From the NCBI GenBank assembly GCA_963734475.1, contig CAVTHB010000003.1, positions 60,390 to 124,389 on the forward strand: 64,000 nucleotides of DNA, read 5' to 3'. Below, piece by piece: positions 1-10,902 of this stretch (position 1 is the first letter of the stretch; every line of letters starts with the position of its first letter). The position numbers and the translations under genes are program-made. The stretch is from an uncultured Nitrospira sp. GTDB taxonomy: Bacteria > Nitrospirota > Thermodesulfovibrionia > Thermodesulfovibrionales > UBA6898. Below the pieces are notes generated by a model. The model worked only from the letters and a program-made list of their open reading frames with translations, was not told the origin of the DNA and made no database searches.

Positions 1-687
1 ACATCTGCGACTGTCCTCGCTGTGGCCGGGCATTACAAGATGGCGGACCAGCAAGCCGCGCACAGCGACGCCATCATCATCTATTTGAAGGTTGCCGGCC
101 TGATCCAGCATTTCCCTGAGGACGTCTGGGACGATGTCCGCATAATCGTCGACTAAAGAAAACCGCTTTCCAATCCTGTTGTCCATATACTTGATGTCCG
201 GGAGATAAATATCCACGAGCCCCCGGATCTGCCGCAGGGCACCTGTTGAATCATAGCCGTTGGAATTATATACAACAGGAATAACAAGCCCTTTTCCCTT
301 AGCCTCAATAATGGCATCGGCCATCTGGAAAATCATATGAGACGGCGAAACAAAATTGATATTGTGCGCCCCTTCATCCTGAAGGCGCAGCATTTCGTAT
401 GCAAGCTCGTCAGAGGTCAGGGTCCTGTCACGACCCTTCTGGAACCCCTGGCTGATCTGGTAATTCTGGCAGAACACACAGCGAAGATTACAGCCGCTGA
501 AAAAAATGGTCCCGGACCCTCTGGAGCCTGAAATAGGAGGCTCTTCGCCGAAATGCAGACCTGCGTGTGACATCCGGATACCGGCACCGACCCTGCAAAA
601 GCCGGTTTTCCCTTCAAGTCTGTTCACACCGCATTTACGTGGACAGCATTCACATTTAATCAGCTGATTTGTGAATCGTTTATTCAT
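1..687 (-). CDS. Radical SAM protein, PflX / pyruvate formate-lyase-activase-like (C-terminus runs off the window start)
   Basis: I translated the minus strand by hand from the ATG at 685-687: MNKRFTNQLIKCECCPRKCGVNRLEGKTGFCRV...FFSGCNLRCVFCQNYQIS. It carries the CxxxCxxC radical SAM cluster motif. The frame stays open to position 1. It is absent from the ORF track because there is no stop in the window. Confidence 0.8.
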   Translation of the reverse strand, partial: MNKRFTNQLIKCECCPRKCGVNRLEGKTGFCRVGAGIRMSHAGLHFGEEPPISGSRGSGTIFFSGCNLRCVFCQNYQISQGFQKGRDRTLTSDELAYEMLRLQDEGAHNINFVSPSHMIFQMADAIIEAKGKGLVIPVVYNSNGYDSTGALRQIRGLVDIYLPDIKYMDNRIGKRFSLVDDYADIVPDVLREMLDQAGNLQIDDDGVAVRGLLVRHLVMPGHSEDSRRC

Positions 688-695
688 AAAACAGC

Positions 696-1205
696 TCAGC
701 TTTTTCCTTTGACTCTTCTGAACCTGCCGGGGTTCGTGAATAAATCCTTATTGTCCTTGTTCTTCAGAAAAGCTTGTTTAAGTGAAGCGGTGTCCTGAAG
801 GTTTTTGTCGACCAAATCGGTATTCAGCACCTTTATCTCAAGTTCACCATTGGATATCGAGTAACTAACGACATGATATTTCCTGGCGTCCTTGAAGTCT
901 CCATCGGCAGTCCCTATCTGCTGGATCTGTACACAAGGGACGCCATCGATCCTGATAGGGTATGCCCGGTAATACCCCTCATCTTTCCTTGTCGGGTAAT
1001 GGACAAGATACTCTGTGTCTGAATATTTAAGTATGAGCATCCTGTCGTCAAGGTCAGGGGGCTTGTTTCCTTCAGGGACCTCTTCCCAGAGGCCAATGAC
1101 CGATGGATCGATTGGGATATTGTGTTCCAGGGCGAGTGGGGCAAGATATTCGCAGCCGGCAAGGAAGAGGGTGAGGGCTAGTACTGCTAATGCAGGGTGT
1201 TTCAT
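696..1205 (-). CDS. Hypothetical lipoprotein
   Basis: The N-terminus MKHPALAVLALTLFLAGCEY has a signal peptide and a lipobox (LAGC). I recognise no domain. Confidence 0.6.
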   Translation of the reverse strand: MKHPALAVLALTLFLAGCEYLAPLALEHNIPIDPSVIGLWEEVPEGNKPPDLDDRMLILKYSDTEYLVHYPTRKDEGYYRAYPIRIDGVPCVQIQQIGTADGDFKDARKYHVVSYSISNGELEIKVLNTDLVDKNLQDTASLKQAFLKNKDNKDLFTNPGRFRRVKGKS

Positions 1206-1362
1206 TTCAGATATCTCCTTTTATTTTAGATAGTATGACATTTCTGGACGTCAGTAGAGACATTATAGACCGGTCCCTGAAAAATCAAAAGAAAAAATGT
1301 AACAGTTCAGGTAATTGCATCTCCGCGACCTCCGTGACTCAGCGGCGAGCTTTTATGGAAAA

Positions 1363-2097
1363 TTATTGCAGCTTCTTTATCCTGAAGTATGTGAAACCGG
1401 CGTCATAAATCAGTCTGGTTTTGCCGCTGATATTTTGTTTCTTCAACTCGGGGTAAAAGGGAATGTCCTTTGCCCGCTGGGACAGGACCTTTTCGACGCT
1501 CAGCAGTTCGATGTCCGCCCCGAATTCCTGAATCAACAGCTGAAGATCACGATAGGATCTGGTCTCATTGGCCAGCTTAACAAAAATGCCGTTGAGGTTC
1601 CAAAACCTGGTTTTGGGATAGTTCTTGCGGTAATCCCCGTATTCTTTCGACTTGTCAGAGGCTATGGCTATCGGTATGTTCCAGGACCAATCAGCAGGGT
1701 CTCCGAAGTTGCCCCACGATATGGTGTCGAATTCTCCTATGGGCCACCGGGAAAAAATTTCTTTTAATATGGCCCTGTGCAGCGGGACCTGTTCGGAGAT
1801 TGTAATTGGGCAGTCCCTCCGGACGCTCAGATGCCTTTTTTCTGCCGGCTCCTTCATCTCAACGGCATTCCATTGGATACGGCAGCCTTTGATTTCTACG
1901 ACAAATGCGTAATCACTTATTTTGTCTGCCCAGCCCGAGGATTCTCTGTCGAGGTATGACCTGACTTTAATCTCTCCGTACTGATGGGGCGCCTCCGCGT
2001 TCGCTACCTCAACGCCTGCAATCACCAGTGCAGCGCAAAGCAAGACGAAACCCTGAACAATACACAGACAAGTTTTTATTGGAGATATTATCGACAT
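1363..2097 (-). CDS. Hypothetical secreted protein
   Basis: 244-aa ORF with a hydrophobic N-terminal signal-like segment ending ANAEAP. No family recognised. Confidence 0.5.
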   Translation of the reverse strand: MSIISPIKTCLCIVQGFVLLCAALVIAGVEVANAEAPHQYGEIKVRSYLDRESSGWADKISDYAFVVEIKGCRIQWNAVEMKEPAEKRHLSVRRDCPITISEQVPLHRAILKEIFSRWPIGEFDTISWGNFGDPADWSWNIPIAIASDKSKEYGDYRKNYPKTRFWNLNGIFVKLANETRSYRDLQLLIQEFGADIELLSVEKVLSQRAKDIPFYPELKKQNISGKTRLIYDAGFTYFRIKKLQ

Positions 2098-2107
2098 TGC
2101 AGTTCCC

Positions 2108-2338
2108 TTACTTATTTTCTTCCTTTTTCCCTCTGTTTCGGATAATAAGGCCGTTCAAAAACCGTCTTAAAATCTGGTCTCCGCATTCTTTGTAATTTCT
2201 GTGGTCCTCGCTCCTGAATAGGGCAGAAAGCTCTGATTTTGAAATGTCGAAATCAGCCAGCTTCAGGATGTCGATAATGTCAGTATCTTTGAGGTTCAGG
2301 GCGATCCTGAGTTTCTTTAGTATATCATTGTTAGTCAT
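2108..2338 (-). CDS. DUF1456 (YehS-like) family protein
   Basis: MTNNDILKKLRIALNLKDTDIIDILKLADFDISKSELSALFR matches the DUF1456 repeat pattern as I remember it. I prefer the internal ATG at 2338 because a GGGAGA RBS lies just upstream. The ORF-track start is 2371. Confidence 0.6.
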   Translation of the reverse strand: MTNNDILKKLRIALNLKDTDIIDILKLADFDISKSELSALFRSEDHRNYKECGDQILRRFLNGLIIRNRGKKEENK

Positions 2339-2685
2339 TTTATCTCCCGTTATGGGAAAATTATAGGGCATTGTAATTACTAAGTTGCTGATAAGCGGTA
2401 TAGTTCAGAAATTCCAAAGTGAACTAAGTATAGGATAAACTACGTTATCTCAAAAAATTATATATTATATAGGAACTCCTGCGGCGCACAGAAGAGCGCC
2501 GTTTAAATCCGGCGCCGTTTAAATCCCCCTGTGTCCGGCACAGGCAAATTCTAGTGTGTGACTGGCTAACACAATAACATTACGTTTCCGAATTGCCATT
2601 GACCGAAAACATACTCTTAACAGGCATTCCCGACAGAACGTAGTGCATTCCGGGAGAAGAGGTCCCCCAGACTCCCAGGTGCTGC

Positions 2686-3234
2686 TCAGGAGGATGCCCC
2701 TTTATCCGTGAGGCGAAGAAGAAAAAGGACGAGACTCCCGATGAGTAATACAGCTGACAAGGTAATACCGATCACATAAAGGATGCTCACGGCAAGATGC
2801 GGTTTCATGAACACGATCTTGTGATCGGAATCAGGTTTGCCGGCGGACTCAAGTCCCTTGATGCTCAGGATGTACCGCCCACGTCTCGGGAGTTCATAAC
2901 TTTTCAGCTCCATTCTGACGGTCGAAAGGCCGGATGTTTTTGCGTGAAACCAGGTGGTCCTGCCCTCGACAGGCATGCCCTCTGCCACGCGCAGTTCGTA
3001 GTCGAGGTTCCCGAAGCGGTTGGTCAACAGGGGCCCTTCCATGCAGAGAACAACGCGACCCGCTTCTGGAAACTCAATTTCCTGCTGCTCCAGCAGCGGG
3101 ACGCTCAGGATATGAGACTGCCTGACCACCCGCACTACACTCATGATGAAGAAGACCAGAAGAGCCGCCGAGACTCCGAAGGCCGGCACGGAGATCCATA
3201 ACCCAAAACGGTACACAAAGCCAAAAAAGTTCAT
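2686..3234 (-). CDS. Hypothetical membrane protein (N- and C-terminal TM helices)
   Basis: 182-aa ORF with hydrophobic stretches at both ends. No family recognised. Confidence 0.45.
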   Translation of the reverse strand: MNFFGFVYRFGLWISVPAFGVSAALLVFFIMSVVRVVRQSHILSVPLLEQQEIEFPEAGRVVLCMEGPLLTNRFGNLDYELRVAEGMPVEGRTTWFHAKTSGLSTVRMELKSYELPRRGRYILSIKGLESAGKPDSDHKIVFMKPHLAVSILYVIGITLSAVLLIGSLVLFLLRLTDKGASS

Positions 3235-3247
3235 ATTTTCTCCAATC

Positions 3248-4903
<1,656 letters not shown>

Positions 4904-4972
4904 GCTCACCTCCATGTGCCGTTAGGGTATATTCTCATAATAAAGTACAGACAGGCAAGACTAAATTCCGTA

Positions 4973-5103
4973 AGCGTTCAGCCCTCAGCAATGAGCTATC
5001 AGCAAAAAGCATAATTTGTGCGGTCATAAACGCGCCATGCGGCCTGGATATTCTTTTTTTCGCCTTTCCTTGTTGAAAGCTGACCGCTGATGGCGACAGC
5101 TGT
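4973..5103. repeat. Intergenic palindromic element, family A (heptamer-phased NNNNAGC arms), copy 1
   Basis: The left arm is gcgttcagc cctcagc aatgagc tatcagc aaaaagc. The right arm is gaaagctgaccgctgatggcgacagctg, roughly its reverse complement. Confidence 0.75.
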
Positions 5104-5114
5104 ATTATTGAATC

Positions 5115-6563
5115 CTACCCGCATGCCCTGCCTCTTAGATTGAAGAAGAATTTCAGTGCCTTTTTCACCTTAGCGGAGAAGATCTTTCCTGCAAAGAAGT
5201 TCCCTGTGACCCGCTTGTTTATCTCTGCCAGAGTAGGGTAGGGATGCACCGCAGAGGCGAGGCTGGAGAGTTTCACCCCTCCGTTCATTACTGCCACCCA
5301 TTCGCTTATCAGCTCCCCTCCGTGAGGGCCGAATATCTGGAGGCCGATCGGCTTTTCTTTTTCATCGAGGAGAAGTTTCACCTTACCATTCTCTTCTCCC
5401 TCCGCCAGGCTCCTGTCGTTGCCCCTGAATTCTTCCGTCCATACGCTGTATTGAATGCCCGCCTCTCTGGCGCGCTTCTCGTTCATGCCGATGCTCGCGA
5501 GTTCAGGGTCAGTGAACGTGCACCATGGAAGGTTGGTGTAATCTGTCTTTCTGGGCAGGTGGAGTATGGCGTTGCTCAGAACGATACCCCCTTCATATCC
5601 CGCTGCGTGGGTAAACTGATATTCACCTGTCATATCGCCTGCTCCGTAGATATGCTTATGGTTAGTCCTCAGCCGTTCATCAAGCTCAAGTCCCTTTCTA
5701 TCAAATCCCACTGATATGCCTTCGAGCCCGAGCCCCGGAATATTAGGTCTTCTACCGAGGGCCACGAGTATCTTTTCAGCCCTGAGGCTTATGGACTCGT
5801 CAGCCTTGTTCTTTATGACTACCTCTCTTTCATTGTTGTGATCTCTGACTTCCTGAATAGCAGACTCCAGATGGAACGTCACGCCTTCAGAAGCCATAAC
5901 GCCCATAACCAGGTCTGCCATGTCCTTGTCTTCTTTGCTCAGTATCTGGTCTGACCGTTGTATTACCGACACTCTTGTCCCGAGACGGCAGAAGGCCTGG
6001 GCCATCTCGATGGCGACCGGACCCGCGCCGATTACGATCATGGAGGAGGGGAGGCGTTCGAGTGAGAAGATCTCCCTGTTGGTAATGAACTGAGTCTTCT
6101 CAATACCAGCTATCGCCGGGACATCAGGCGAAGACCCGGTAGCGATTACCCAGTTCTCTGCGGAAAAGGATTTGCCATCAAGTTTAACTGTGTGCTCATC
6201 GGTAAAGACCGGTCCGCCGAATTCCACTTTAACGCCCAGGCCGCAGAACCTTTCTTCTGAGTCATGTTTCTGGATCTTGCCTATTACAGACTGTATCCTC
6301 TTTGCAACGGTCTGGAAATCTACTGCCGCTGCTTCAACCCGAGGCAGTCCGAACAACTCCGCGTTCTTCATCAGGTGATACACACGGGCAGTCCTGATAA
6401 GCGTCTTGCTGGGAACGCAGCCATAGTGCAGACAGTCGCCTCCTAGTGCCTTTTCTTTCTCGATCAGGAGCGTTTTTGCTCCGAATTGCGCTGCACCGGA
6501 GGCAACGGTCAGACCCGCCGAGCCGCCGCCGATGACGCCTATGTCAAAATCATATTTTGCCAT
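5115..6563 (-). CDS. Pyridine nucleotide-disulfide oxidoreductase (dihydrolipoyl dehydrogenase / mercuric-reductase-like)
   Basis: It has the GxGxxG FAD motif (GVIGGGSAG), the redox-active CLHYGCVPSK disulfide, and a C-terminal dimerisation region with HPYPTLAE. Confidence 0.85.
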   Translation of the reverse strand: MAKYDFDIGVIGGGSAGLTVASGAAQFGAKTLLIEKEKALGGDCLHYGCVPSKTLIRTARVYHLMKNAELFGLPRVEAAAVDFQTVAKRIQSVIGKIQKHDSEERFCGLGVKVEFGGPVFTDEHTVKLDGKSFSAENWVIATGSSPDVPAIAGIEKTQFITNREIFSLERLPSSMIVIGAGPVAIEMAQAFCRLGTRVSVIQRSDQILSKEDKDMADLVMGVMASEGVTFHLESAIQEVRDHNNEREVVIKNKADESISLRAEKILVALGRRPNIPGLGLEGISVGFDRKGLELDERLRTNHKHIYGAGDMTGEYQFTHAAGYEGGIVLSNAILHLPRKTDYTNLPWCTFTDPELASIGMNEKRAREAGIQYSVWTEEFRGNDRSLAEGEENGKVKLLLDEKEKPIGLQIFGPHGGELISEWVAVMNGGVKLSSLASAVHPYPTLAEINKRVTGNFFAGKIFSAKVKKALKFFFNLRGRACG

Positions 6564-6580
6564 GTCCCTTTCCTGTATTC

Positions 6581-7273
6581 TTATCTTATCTCTTTCCTTG
6601 ATTTATACCATGCAATCGTCTTTTTTGCGACCAGGGGCAAGAGTCCGAGCAGCGCGAATGATATTATGAGGCCAGGTGACAGGATGCCTGCGAGGGAATC
6701 TATCTTTGCAAGTTCTTTTCCCGCATTGACGTAAACAATAGTAGCGGGCAGCATCCCTGCCTGCGATACCCAGTAGAATGTTCTGAGGGGCATCCTTGCG
6801 AGGCCCAGGACAAGGTTAATCACGAAGAAGGGGAAGACTGGAATAAGGCGCAACGTGAAAAGATAGAACACGCCTTCGCGTTCTATACCGCTGTTGACGG
6901 TCTTCAGCTTTTCTCCAAACTTTTCCTGTACCCAATCCCGCAGGACGAAGCGCGACACAAAGCAGGCCAGGGTCGCTCCGATACTGCTGGCAAAGGAAAC
7001 AATTATTGTGCCTCTCAGCAGCCCAAACAGTGCGCCACCTGCAAGGGTCATTACAGCGGCTCCGGGCAGCGATAAGGATGTCACCAGGATATAGATGAGC
7101 ATGTACGCCCCGATGACGATGACCGTATGATCGGCATACAATGCCATAAAATTATGCTGCGATTGTTTTATATAGGAGAGTGACAGATAATCTCCGAGGT
7201 TAAATATTTTATAAGCAGCGACAGCCAGGGCAATAAGCGCGAGAATTATTATCTTGTTTAGGTATTTCTTCAT
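6581..7273 (-). CDS. TVP38/TMEM64 (DedA/SNARE-associated) family membrane protein
   Basis: Multi-TM 230-aa ORF with the family-typical FLFTLRLIPVFPFFVINL segment. It lies immediately downstream of the disulfide oxidoreductase, which is a commonly seen pairing. Confidence 0.75.
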   Translation of the reverse strand: MKKYLNKIIILALIALAVAAYKIFNLGDYLSLSYIKQSQHNFMALYADHTVIVIGAYMLIYILVTSLSLPGAAVMTLAGGALFGLLRGTIIVSFASSIGATLACFVSRFVLRDWVQEKFGEKLKTVNSGIEREGVFYLFTLRLIPVFPFFVINLVLGLARMPLRTFYWVSQAGMLPATIVYVNAGKELAKIDSLAGILSPGLIISFALLGLLPLVAKKTIAWYKSRKEIR

Positions 7274-7344
7274 CTGTGTTATGGAAAATAATCAAAGAGA
7301 ATACTTAGAAAAGCTTTGAATATAAACAAATCGAAAGCGCATAC

Positions 7345-7425
7345 CTCTCTCTGTGCTCTCATAGTATTAGCCTCTGCATTCTATAAATCTACAATTCTTT
7401 TTCTCTGTGTTCTCTGTGGTGCATT
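7345..7425. repeat. Family B element, partial (single orientation)
   Basis: The segments are ctctctctgtgctctc ... ttctctgtgttctctgtggtgca. Confidence 0.55.
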
Positions 7426-7434
7426 TCTGAGACT

Positions 7435-8406
7435 TCATGTCATCTCTTCCAGGTCCTTTAGCGTTTGCAGCGCCAGCATTGCCCCGCCCCAGAGTCCGCT
7501 GTTTTCGTCCTTTATGAGGAAGACGGGGATCTTTGAGAGTAAGTCAGCAAGGGTATCGGAACTCCGGAACTCAGTTTCAAAGGCCGGATGGGTAAGCAGT
7601 TCAGGTGTTTTGGCCGCCACGCCCCCAGCAACATACAAACCGCCCATAGCCAGGGTTTCAAGAACATAGTTGCGGCAGACCCTGGCGCAAAACATCGAGG
7701 CCCATTCGAGCGTCTCCGGATAGATGGAAAATTCCTTCACTACATCAGAGGGTTCCAGATTTCTGCCGGTAAAAAAATAATGAAGATAGCTGAGACCTCT
7801 GCCTGAGACAACCGTATTGGCCGTGATGTATTTGTCCTTTCTCTCCTCCATGAGGAAATTCTGATATTCAAATTCTCTGGCGGAAATAAATGGAAAATTT
7901 GTGTGGCCTCCTTCTGAGGGCAGCGCTATGTATCCTCGTTTGACAGAAGGCATGGACACAGCTTTTCCGAGCCCTGTACCGGCTCCGATCACCGCTCTGG
8001 CTGCGGCTGGGTCCGGAAATCCGGGAAGGATTTGTTCTGCCGCTTCGCCGATCGGCGAACGGCAGGCAAAGGCCTGCGCGATAAAGTCATTGATCAGCAT
8101 ACATTTTTTGAATCCGAAATCCTTTTCTGCTGATGAGATATCGATGCCCCACGCTATCAATGGCGGTTTGCTCCGGACTTTCTTCTCGACAGGGCCTGCA
8201 ACAGCGATTATAACCATGTCTGAGGCCCCTGGTTCCAAAGAAAAGCTGCTCTTTCTCAGGTTGGCGATCAGATCAGGGAAAGATGCTGCTTCGACCGTGT
8301 TTAACCATATTGCTTCGACAAGCGACAACCTGTCTTCGCCGTCAATCCTGAAGTGGCCAAACCTGCTGTGCGTTCCGCCTATGTCTGCTGCGAGGATGTT
8401 TTTCAT
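7435..8406 (-). CDS. glk: Glucokinase
   Basis: N-terminal ATP-binding motif LAADIGGTHSRFG, and length and pattern typical of the Glk family. Confidence 0.8.
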   Translation of the reverse strand: MKNILAADIGGTHSRFGHFRIDGEDRLSLVEAIWLNTVEAASFPDLIANLRKSSFSLEPGASDMVIIAVAGPVEKKVRSKPPLIAWGIDISSAEKDFGFKKCMLINDFIAQAFACRSPIGEAAEQILPGFPDPAAARAVIGAGTGLGKAVSMPSVKRGYIALPSEGGHTNFPFISAREFEYQNFLMEERKDKYITANTVVSGRGLSYLHYFFTGRNLEPSDVVKEFSIYPETLEWASMFCARVCRNYVLETLAMGGLYVAGGVAAKTPELLTHPAFETEFRSSDTLADLLSKIPVFLIKDENSGLWGGAMLALQTLKDLEEMT

Positions 8407-8543
8407 TTATACCTTAGATACTATCATGCCCGGCGTTATTGGTTAACCGTAAATACGCATTTGACCCAGAAGAAGCTGTCACTGCGGCATTATAAAGATT
8501 TTTTTACATATCCGCGCAAAAGTGCGTCTTTCAGGTTTATGCA

Positions 8544-9314
8544 TCATTTATACACCTCGATGTAATCGACATAAGAGACCGAGCTTTCCCCTGTGTTGTC
8601 GGAGTCGTTCATGATGGCGATGTCTGCAATAGCAGGCGGCTGAACTCCGAAGGCCTTTTTATAGTCTTCGAGGATGTCCGCCTCCTCTGTAATCCATTGT
8701 CCGGCCTTTTCCCCGCCAGCTTCCATGCTTATCATCTTTGCCTCACTGGCATAGGGATTGGTAATGATCTTTTCCGGATACGTACTGTTGGCCCAGACAT
8801 AATTCAGGCTGCTCTGTGGAGGATATTCACCGTAGATTATTTTGGCCAGCCCATACCTGATCCTCTGGAAGAAGGAGGCTGTTTCCGGATCATATTTGAA
8901 TATTACATAGATGCGGATAGGGTAGTCATCTCCTGCCTTTTTTTCCGGGTCCGCTTTTTTATATGCGTTGCTTATCTTCCATCGCCATTTGATCTTAGGG
9001 TAGTCGTACACATTGAATTCCTTCCTGTATATTATCCCTGATGCAGATGCATTGCTTTCAGCCTTCAGATAAGATCCATTCTGTTCTTTGACGACCGTGT
9101 ATATGCTGTGTCTTTTGATCTTCGGAAAGTATAAGGGCTTCCAGTCATCGAGGCTGTTGAAATCCTCTCTGATGAATACACGCTTCTCCTGGCCAAAAGA
9201 GGGAAGAGCAGTGAAATTCATAAAGAGCAGGGTGAAAAGAACAATAGTACTCAGTGAGTCCAACAATACCGGACCAGCAGGCCAACTGCCTGCTATTGTA
9301 TCGAGCCTATTCAA
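8544..9314 (-). CDS. DUF3047 domain protein (secreted or membrane-anchored)
   Basis: The pattern EDFNSLDDWKPLYFPKIKRHSIY...DDYPIRIYVIF matches DUF3047 as I remember it. A hydrophobic N-terminal segment is present. The listed start is a TTG at 9314 and the true start is probably further downstream. The 5' end overlaps the possible Sec extension of the upstream gene. Confidence 0.65.
   Translation of the reverse strand: MNRLDTIAGSWPAGPVLLDSLSTIVLFTLLFMNFTALPSFGQEKRVFIREDFNSLDDWKPLYFPKIKRHSIYTVVKEQNGSYLKAESNASASGIIYRKEFNVYDYPKIKWRWKISNAYKKADPEKKAGDDYPIRIYVIFKYDPETASFFQRIRYGLAKIIYGEYPPQSSLNYVWANSTYPEKIITNPYASEAKMISMEAGGEKAGQWITEEADILEDYKKAFGVQPPAIADIAIMNDSDNTGESSVSYVDYIEVYK
9276..9294 (-). promoter_or_regulatory. 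SECIS-like hairpin downstream of the in-frame UGA
   Basis: Minus-strand sequence: UGA-AUAGGCUCGAUACAAU-AGCAGGC-AGUUG-GCCUGCU. This is a perfect 7-bp stem with a 5-nt loop containing GU. The apical loop starts 23 nt after the UGA. Confidence 0.5.
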
Positions 9315-10240
9315 GTCGAGCCCTGTCCTGCTGTGCAGCCATAGCAGTGGTCATCAACAGCCAGCTGCCGTCCGGACAGCAGGCGATGGTCGAAATCCCT
9401 GAGAGTGCGGGGATACGTGTCGGGTAATCTGAGCCCGATCATCTGGTTGAAATCACAGTCATAAAGAGTCCCGTCCCATCCGACATTGACCAGGCGTCTG
9501 CACATTATCCCCGTTAATGTTTCAGGGTTGAACGCGCAGCTCAGCTTTTCCATATACCTGTTGAAATTACCGGAGCGAATCAGAAATTCCCGGAAACGGC
9601 CGATAGGCATATTGGCAAAGGTATAGAGGGAGTTGAAGTCGACGTCATATTTTCCCTTCAGTTCTTTGCGGTATTCGTCTTCGAGACCGGCCTGAGAAGG
9701 CGGCAGAAATGCCCCCTGCGGGTTATATACCAGGTTCAGCTTCTTTGTTTCTGTGCCGTATCCAAGGCTGTTAAGTCTTTGCATTGCTGCTATGCTTTTC
9801 ATAAATGTGCCACTCCCCCTGACTTTATCGACACCTGTATCATTATAATAGGGAAGTGACGCGATGATTTCTACGTTGTTTCGGCTGTAGAAGTCAAACA
9901 GGTCTTCCATGCCGTTTTCGAGGAATATTGTCAGGTTGCTTCGCGCTATCACATGACAGCCTATATGTTTCGCCTGTTCAACCAGGTAGCTGAACCCGGG
10001 ATTGAGTTCAGGCGCTCCGCCTGTGATGTCCAGCAGCCTTATATTGCTGTTATCTAATACCCTGAGCACCTCTTCGATCATCTGTTGGTCCATCTTCTCT
10101 TTCCTGGCGGGTCCTGCGCTGACATGGCAGTGTTTGCAGGCCATATTGCAGGCATATCCCAGATTCACCTGCAGGATATCTATCCCGTTTGCATGCAGCG
10201 GGCCTGACTGGACTGTCAGGACTTTGTCCCTGAAATTCAT
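9311..10240 (-). CDS. Radical SAM/Cys-rich domain protein (ArsS-like). It ends at TGA and probably reads through as selenocysteine to the TAG at 9293.
   Basis: It has the CNMACKHC radical SAM motif and a C-terminal Cys-rich domain ending HCYGCTAGQGST-TGA. After the TGA the frame continues in-frame as IGSIQ-TAG. A 7-bp hairpin follows the TGA. Confidence 0.85.
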   Translation of the reverse strand: MNFRDKVLTVQSGPLHANGIDILQVNLGYACNMACKHCHVSAGPARKEKMDQQMIEEVLRVLDNSNIRLLDITGGAPELNPGFSYLVEQAKHIGCHVIARSNLTIFLENGMEDLFDFYSRNNVEIIASLPYYNDTGVDKVRGSGTFMKSIAAMQRLNSLGYGTETKKLNLVYNPQGAFLPPSQAGLEDEYRKELKGKYDVDFNSLYTFANMPIGRFREFLIRSGNFNRYMEKLSCAFNPETLTGIMCRRLVNVGWDGTLYDCDFNQMIGLRLPDTYPRTLRDFDHRLLSGRQLAVDDHCYGCTAGQGST

Positions 10241-10268
10241 GAAATAGCAGTTCCTCTTTTCATATCAG

Positions 10269-10601
10269 TTACATCGATATCTTGTCTGCTGAATTATGGG
10301 CCTGTATGCCGTGTATCAGCGAGGCCCCGCCCCTTACAGCAGATGCCACATGCAGGGCCTCGGTTATATGTTCGAGGTTCATTCCCTCTTCAAGACAGGA
10401 CTTTGTATACGCATCTATACAGTAGGGGCACTGGACAGCATGCGCAACGCCAAGTCCTATAAGGACCTTCTCCCTTTTTGTAAGGGTCCCCGGCTGAAGA
10501 GCTGAGGTGTACCAGGCCATAAATTTTTTGAAGAGCTCGGGGCTGTGCTTGCCGATCTCTCCGAAACGCTCCAGGTCTTCATCATTATAATAATCGCCCA
10601 T
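10269..10601 (-). CDS. AhpD/carboxymuconolactone-decarboxylase-family peroxidase-like protein (rSAM/ArsS-associated type)
   Basis: 110 aa with the CxxC motif VQCPYCIDAYT. It lies directly upstream of the radical SAM/Cys-rich gene. Confidence 0.8.
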   Translation of the reverse strand: MGDYYNDEDLERFGEIGKHSPELFKKFMAWYTSALQPGTLTKREKVLIGLGVAHAVQCPYCIDAYTKSCLEEGMNLEHITEALHVASAVRGGASLIHGIQAHNSADKISM

Positions 10602-10718
10602 TAAATCCTCCTCTCAAGTTACCAACGCCAAAATCTGATTAAATCTTTCTCTGCAATGAAGGTATATAAAAAGTATACAAGATGTTTTTTTCTGTTACAA
10701 TTATTATGTAAATTGCTG

Positions 10719-10858
10719 GCGTTCAGCCGTCAGCAATGGCTGTCAGCGAAAAACGAAATATTTGAAATTTATGCTGAGTTCGGCAAGGCGTCCTTATAGG
10801 TTTTTGTTTGCCTTGTCTTGATGAAAGCTGATCGCTGAGGGCTGATAGCTGAACCGTT
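10719..10858. repeat. Family A palindromic element, copy 2
   Basis: The arms are gcgttcagccgtcagcaatggctgtcagcg ... gaaagctgatcgctgagggctgatagctgaaccgtt. Confidence 0.75.
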
Positions 10859-10902
10859 ACTGCAAAACATAGTATGCAACGGGCAATGAAAAGGGGGTGT
10901 AT

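Noticed and set aside
337-617. Two short ORFs (337-531 plus strand, 417-617 minus strand) listed at the window start.
   Set aside because: The region is covered by a radical SAM gene in a different minus-strand frame that is open to the window edge. The listed ORFs are out-of-frame or internal fragments.
2496-2526. Tandem direct repeat gcgccgtttaaatcc x2 in the 2.4-2.7 kb intergenic region.
   Set aside because: There are only two short copies with no recognisable operator symmetry or partner. It is possibly a slippage duplication, and there is too little evidence for a call.
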